From Callorhinchus milii (taxonomy: Eukaryota): a DNA stretch of 64,000 bases. The translations under genes were made by a program, and so were the position numbers. The notes beneath the pieces were generated by a model. It was not told the DNA's origin and searched no databases. It saw nothing but the letters and a program-made list of their open reading frames with translations. The first letter of the stretch is position 1. Every line of letters starts with the position of its first letter. Below, piece after piece: positions 59,101 through 64,000 of this stretch. The DNA lies in assembly GCF_018977255.1 (NCBI RefSeq), contig NW_024704759.1:7688001-7752000 (forward strand). Direction: 5' to 3'.

Positions 59101-62100
59101 AGTAGTTGTCATGAATAAAACAATTGTAGATCATCATTTGGTGCATTTGTCACAGCTGATGATTTTGACAAAGAGTATCCACAGTATTGCTTTGCTAACA
59201 ATGTGAGAATAATGCATAATAAGAAGAAACCTTATATTTAATATAGTGCCTTATCACGTCTTCAAGACGTCTCAAAGCACTTGACTGAATATACTGTAAT
59301 GTGAATTCACTGTGTATATTGTGGGCGAAACGTGGCAACCAATTGCACACAGCAGTGTCCTATAAACAGTTGTGGATTGAGTGACCCTGGTGCTCGAATC
59401 CAGGTCCTCTTGTTTGCCACGTCGCTGCTGGACTCCACATTCATCGAATGATACTTATTTAACAAGCCTTTAACATGAAAAATGTTTTAAAAAATGCTTT
59501 AAAACCTTGATATCAAACATACTTTGATGTCCACTTATCGTGGAGTTGGCATTTTGTTAATATTCACTTGGATTTGATTCAGGTATCTATTGCTGCGGCC
59601 CAACCTCCATCAAAGCCATCAAAAATGGACACATCAATGAGAAATATGAAACAAAGTTTGTTTTCAGTGAAGTGAATGCAGATTATGTTACATGGTGTTT
59701 GCTTGAAAATAAAAGCCTGAAGAAAATCAAAGTTAACACTTATTTAGTTGGCCAGAACATCAGCACAAAAGCTGTGAAGAAAGATGATCGTGTGGACATC
59801 ACCATGAATTACAAATATCCTGAGGGTAAGGAGGGATGAGAAAGGAGGGTTCTGTATTGGCATAAAACTGTGAATAATAAAATACACATATTTGCGTTGG
59901 TTACAGTAAACTTATAACTAGTTACTCAATTGGGAATATTTATTTTACAAAGAATAAAAGACAGATATAATACATTTTCATGTCAAGATGTGCAAAGTGC
60001 AAATTGAAGCTTGTGTTGTTCACTTTTAAAACAACTTCTACTGGGCTAACATATTCCTCTGTCCTTTAATCTCAAGGCTCCTCAGAAGAATTGCAAACTT
60101 GCAACATTGCAAGAATTGAGAGAATAAACATTGAGCCTATGGACAAAAACATGTATCTGAAAGTGATAACTCCCATAATAATCACGAATGGTTCCGATCT
60201 TGACATTGAGATATACCTCTCAAACAAGACCGCAAAGGAAAAACATTGCAACATAATGATTACTGCCCACACCATCTTGTACAATGGTGAAATATTGAAG
60301 AAATGTGGCAAGAAAAAGGAATCTAACTTGCCAATTGGTCCAAAGAAAGGTAATGTGCCAATGTAAATAATATGTGTACTTTACGAATGGAAAAGGATGG
60401 GGGAATGGATGCTGATTTGACATGAGTACTGTAGTAACTGATTAATTACACTTCAAAAATGTGACATGCAGTGGTAGGTTTGGATGTAATATTCTGGAAG
60501 TAAGGAGAGGAAAAGGATATTTGAATTTGACAGAAAGCTACCTCAGATTCCCATAGGAGGCTTCATATGTCTTTGGGAACTCAGCTTCAAGGACATCAGT
60601 TGATTATATATATTTTATATAATAATAATAAATTGGTCACTCAATGCAGGGCTTTCACTGTTGTGTTTTGCCCACAAAATACATAGTCAATTCACTTTAC
60701 AGTTTGTTCTGTTTAGCGCTCTGAAACCCTACGTTGCGTGGAGCCCGCTACTTAATTACAACTTTTTGTTGTGGCTGTTGAATAGCTTTCAAACCTCTCG
60801 AAATCGTGATAAGGTGCTACATCAAATGTAAAGATTACTACCAAGGATTATTTTTGTTCCACTCACATCCTCAGTTCGCTGTTTCCCTTTTGCAACTTGC
60901 ATTTAAATCACAATGTTGACTTAAACTTGCTGAATGTTTGACCAGCTTGCTGTAAAAAGAGAACAAAAACATTCACAAACATGTGCAATTTATAGCATAA
61001 TAATAATCCTTGCATTTGATATGGCTCCTTATCACATCTCCAAAGCCCTTCTAAGGATTTTACTGTAAGATGCAGTGACTGTAGAATGGCAACCAATTTA
61101 TACACATCAATGTCCCACAAACAGCCATGATGTGATTGACCAATTTTATCCAGGACGTCAAGAGTTATTCCATACTCTTTTCAAATCTTTAATGTCCCCC
61201 TGATCAGGTAGACAAGGCCTCAGTTTAACGACTCTTCCACAGTTTGCCATCTCCAAAAAGCCAGTGTTTCCCCAGCAATGCATTGGAGCATCAACTCAGA
61301 CTGTGATTACATCTGCCTCTGATTTCACAGAGGAAGCAGATGTTCCAATCATGCCACATAGATAACAAGTCCTCTATGAGTCAAGAGTCCCGTTGACTGA
61401 GTGCTGTGTGGTGTGCCAGTGGGATTGTAATGAGAGTATTTGTGTGCAAGGTTAAATGAAACGTTTCAATCAAACTTATCGCTGATTCTTCTAGATATGA
61501 TTTGTAACCTGGAGGTGCTGTACAATGAATACAGCAAGTCGATTTCTGCACAATTACTTATTATGATATCAGTAGCTGCAGTGGATGAAAATAACGATAT
61601 GTTTACCACCAGAAAAGTGATTTCGCTCAAGAACCCAAAGATAGGCATTCAGGTAACAATCGCTCTGAAAAATGAGGACTGATAAGACCTCCTCCTTCCT
61701 GATCAATCTGCCCTCCACATGCAAAATCATTGATCAATCAGACATCAAATGCTGTATGCAGCTTTGTGACCAATGTGATACATTACACAGCTCCTAAGAC
61801 TTATTTCCATGCAGTTATCCCCAAACAATCAGAACTTGAGAAATTATGATGATTAAGAATAACAATCTTTGCATTTAATATAATATCTAAAAAGTCAAAC
61901 AGTGTTTTACTAAAATTCCCTGTAGAGTGTAGTGACTGGATCTTTCTAGACTAACTCGGCAGGCAATTTGCATACAGCAGTGCTACCCAAACAGCCATGA
62001 TTTGAATGCCGAATTTCATCCAGATGATTGTTGGTCAGATCATGGAAGCAGCTATTGGCTTAGAAAGCACTGATACAATGGATTCTCACGAGAGGTTTGG

Positions 62101-63210
62101 ATGAAGAAGGCCCTTCATGACCTCATACGAGAACCAAAGTTTGGGAGGGAGTTGGTATGAACTATAGATGTGAAAAATTTAGTCACAGAGTGTTAAGAAA
62201 AAAAAACCTTTTCGAGTTCCAATCAAACACAGCCACTGATTGCAACCAGAGTGGTGTTTATTAAACTCCAGGATCCGTCCAAGTTCCCGCTGGGCGTGGG
62301 CAAGTAAGCACAATCAATCAATTCACTAACAGCACAATACTACCGCGTAATCCCTCCTCGTGGTCGTCTACTTCTGACTTCTAGCTCTCAGTCTTCCATT
62401 CACGATAGGTACTGTCCTGGGCGCGGCGATCTTGGTCTGGCACGGTGTCTAAAGCTTGTGTCCATCCAATCATGGTGCGGACATTAGGTCACCTGGCCAA
62501 AATCATGCTGGGTTCACGTGAACACCTCATGGGGCGTACATGCCTCAGCACACATACACATTGTCCTTAATTGTCTAAGATAGAGGATTGATCAGTTTAG
62601 GGCTGTGTCTAGTGCTCATTATTTTGTGGTGTGGAATCATTAGAGCATTCCTTTTAAGTCACTGGTTATTCCTTATCAGTATCCTGGGATGGTACCAAGG
62701 TCCTCTAGTTTAAGCAACTTGCTCATTAAGTGCTATTCTTGAGGGTTGCTTTCTGTCGGTTGGCAGGCCCTGTCAGAATCTAGCGACTTATTGCTCAGTC
62801 GAGATCCTGTGTCGACTGGTACCTTGGACCGTTACCTCTGTGGGCTTGTCGTCATTTACTGATAAGAGGTGACCCCCTGCCCCTGTCCGTTATTCTTTCA
62901 AAAACAGAGAAAACCAGATGAGTCCTCTCCCATGACTGTCAGTCCAGTTGCCCCCCAACACTTAACTTAAAAGTTAACCCGTTCGCAACATCTATTATGA
63001 TTCTAACATTATACAAAAAGTGTAAATTCTAGCAAGAGGTGATGATTATGACCATTTATCTTTGTTTTCCCAGATCCTCGGTGAGCCAATACAATTCAAA
63101 GAAATTTGTGCTAGGATCAGCTTTACGAACCCTCTGCCGATTACGCTGACTAATTGTACCTTGTACGTGGAGGGAATTGGCGATAAATCTACTCAGGATA
63201 TGCCAGACAT
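53177..63210 (+). CDS. TGM2: Protein-glutamine gamma-glutamyltransferase 2-like (transglutaminase), exons 1-12, 3' partial
   Basis: Exons 53177-53186, 53601-53780, 55492-55725, 56655-56773, 57275-57403, 58009-58186, 58339-58477, 58850-58953, 59583-59825, 60077-60349, 61495-61652, 63074-63210 splice in frame. Catalytic YGQCWVF, WNFHCW and QVLDATPQE present; LHFHGRNY and YCCGP are TG2-like. Exon sizes 10/180/234/119/129/178/139/104/243/273/158/137 closely follow the TGM2 pattern as I recall it. Confidence 0.9.
53601..53780 (+). CDS. TGM2: TGM2-like exon 2
   Basis: [20 protein letters not shown]...VKTG; ctag / gtaaga, 180 nt. Confidence 0.93.
53870..54350 (-). mobile_element. Probable decayed LINE (L2-like) internal fragment
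   Basis: Purine-rich + strand composition like the adjacent L2 copy; no clean ORF. Confidence 0.4.
54416..55090 (-). mobile_element. L2-clade LINE 3' fragment with intact RT C-terminal frame and (TTG)n tail
   Basis: The minus strand reads [19 protein letters not shown]...[10 protein letters not shown]...ITPTLASLHWLP...[17 protein letters not shown]...[10 protein letters not shown]; 3' stem-loop and tail at 54416-54480. Confidence 0.92.
55492..55725 (+). CDS. TGM2: TGM2-like exon 3
   Basis: [12 protein letters not shown]...[11 protein letters not shown]; ttcag / gtacag. Confidence 0.93.
56655..56773 (+). CDS. TGM2: TGM2-like exon 4
   Basis: DDVFMD...[27 protein letters not shown], 119 nt. 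Confidence 0.93.
57275..57403 (+). CDS. TGM2: TGM2-like exon 5
   Basis: [10 protein letters not shown]...[11 protein letters not shown], 129 nt. Confidence 0.94.
58009..58186 (+). CDS. TGM2: TGM2-like exon 6 (catalytic Cys)
   Basis: GILLGRW...[15 protein letters not shown], 178 nt. Confidence 0.95.
58339..58477 (+). CDS. TGM2: TGM2-like exon 7
   Basis: [22 protein letters not shown]...SRDTIW; contains one N at 58449. Confidence 0.92.
58850..58953 (+). CDS. TGM2: TGM2-like exon 8 (catalytic His and Asp)
   Basis: [15 protein letters not shown]...[14 protein letters not shown], 104 nt. Confidence 0.94.
59583..59825 (+). CDS. TGM2: TGM2-like exon 9
   Basis: [14 protein letters not shown]...FVFSEVNAD...[11 protein letters not shown], 243 nt. 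Confidence 0.95.
60077..60349 (+). CDS. TGM2: TGM2-like exon 10
   Basis: SSEEL...NGSDLDI...[10 protein letters not shown], 273 nt, aag / gtaatg. Confidence 0.9.
60998..61305 (-). mobile_element. Deu-domain SINE (decayed)
   Basis: (AAT)n plus ccttgcatttgatat tail; core remnants ctttaatgtccccctga...gacaaggcctcagtttaacg. Confidence 0.7.
61495..61652 (+). CDS. TGM2: TGM2-like exon 11
   Basis: LYNEYSKSI...[11 protein letters not shown]; ctag / gtaaca. Confidence 0.9.
62191..62900 (-). mobile_element. Probable solo LTR (endogenous retrovirus / LTR retrotransposon)
   Basis: About 710-bp CpG-rich block; the minus strand starts TGAAAGAA and ends TTCTTAACA, with AATAAA about 65 bp before the end (tttatt at 62257-62262); ACAGAG occurs near both flanks. 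Confidence 0.55.
63074..63210 (+). CDS. TGM2: TGM2-like exon 12
   Basis: ILGEPIQF...[20 protein letters not shown], 137 nt, cag / gtaagt. Confidence 0.92.
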
Positions 63211-63434
63211 GTAAGTAGAAGCCACAGTTATCGATATCTGAGTGGAATATGTGTCAGTTTGCCCATCTGGTTTCCATGGTGTGTATGGAGGAAGATTTTG
63301 ATTTTTTTTTAGAATTGTAACCATCCTTGTATTTTTCGTAATGCCTTGTAACGTCTTAAAGTTTTCTGTGAAGTGTAGTGACTGTGCATCTGCAGGCAAA
63401 TGTGACGGACAATTTGCATTCACTGCAAATACGT

Positions 63435-63755
63435 CTCAGCTGACACTGCAATACAGTGCTTGGCGTGTTTTGCATTGTTAGAGGGTTGGCCTATGGATGA
63501 GATGTTAAATCGAGGATCTGTCTATCTGTTCAGGTGGACGTTAAAGATCCCATGGCACTATTCAAAAACTCAAGGGAGTTTATCCCTGTGTCCTGGCCTA
63601 CAATCCCGCAAAATAAGACATTGGGACATTGTTGTGCGCGATTGAGCTGCTGTATTTGTCTATAAATACGTTGTCACTCCATTTCACAGTAAATCCTGTG
63701 AAGTGCTTTGATATGTCTTTCCGACATGATAATGCACAATAGCAAATGCACGAGA
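63435..63755 (+). mobile_element. Deu-domain SINE
   Basis: ggatgagatgttaaatcgagg...ttcaggtggacgttaaagatcccatggcactattc...gtgtcctggcc. Confidence 0.82.
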
Positions 63756-64000
63756 AATTTCTATGGGTCTATGAGCTCAAAATCCCGATGTAAGGCTTGA
63801 ATTCATAAATGTTTGACTCAGAGGCTTGAACTTGCAGCCTTGGGACGTCCTCCTGACCTGGAAGGCGCTATGCAAATGTAGTTTGTAAGTTATTGTTGTT
63901 GTTTGACTCAGAAATGAGATTGCTCCCAATCGGGCTGGGCTGGCATCTGCTTGAAGATGAGAACATCGGCAGTGCTGATACTTTATTTTTCATCTCCTGT

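Noticed and set aside
1-64000. CRISPR-like recurrence of a ~60-bp motif (aagcgctttgagacgtc...gacgtgataaggcgctatatcaaatgcaagg)
   Set aside because: Dispersed, in both orientations and irregularly spaced; these are SINE/L2 3' tails in a eukaryotic genome.

Overview
Vertebrate genomic DNA, most likely from a cartilaginous fish such as elephant shark (inferred from the repeat content: Deu-domain SINEs, tRNA-Ala-headed SINEs, CR1 and L2 LINEs). There are two spliced genes, both on the + strand. (1) A KIAA1755-like member of the PLEKHG4/PLEKHG4B/ARHGEF40 RhoGEF family: 22 coding exons traced at 3141-39873 with consistent intron phases, about 1760 aa. The ATG exon was not found and probably lies upstream of the window. 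Unlike human KIAA1755, it has a complete DH-PH module and ends in -STAV. (2) A TGM2-like transglutaminase: exons 1-12 at 53177-63210, with the last exon beyond the window. The Cys-His-Asp triad is intact, but GTP-binding, redox and fibronectin-site residues appear substituted. The tandem order matches the human KIAA1755-TGM2 arrangement. Introns and the intergenic region hold nested CR1 fragments (46.2-50.8 kb), L2 fragments, several SINE families with nested insertions, MITEs and a probable solo LTR. No prokaryotic-type system (CRISPR, operon) is present. Comparisons with human proteins are from memory and need alignment to confirm. Repeat boundaries are approximate.
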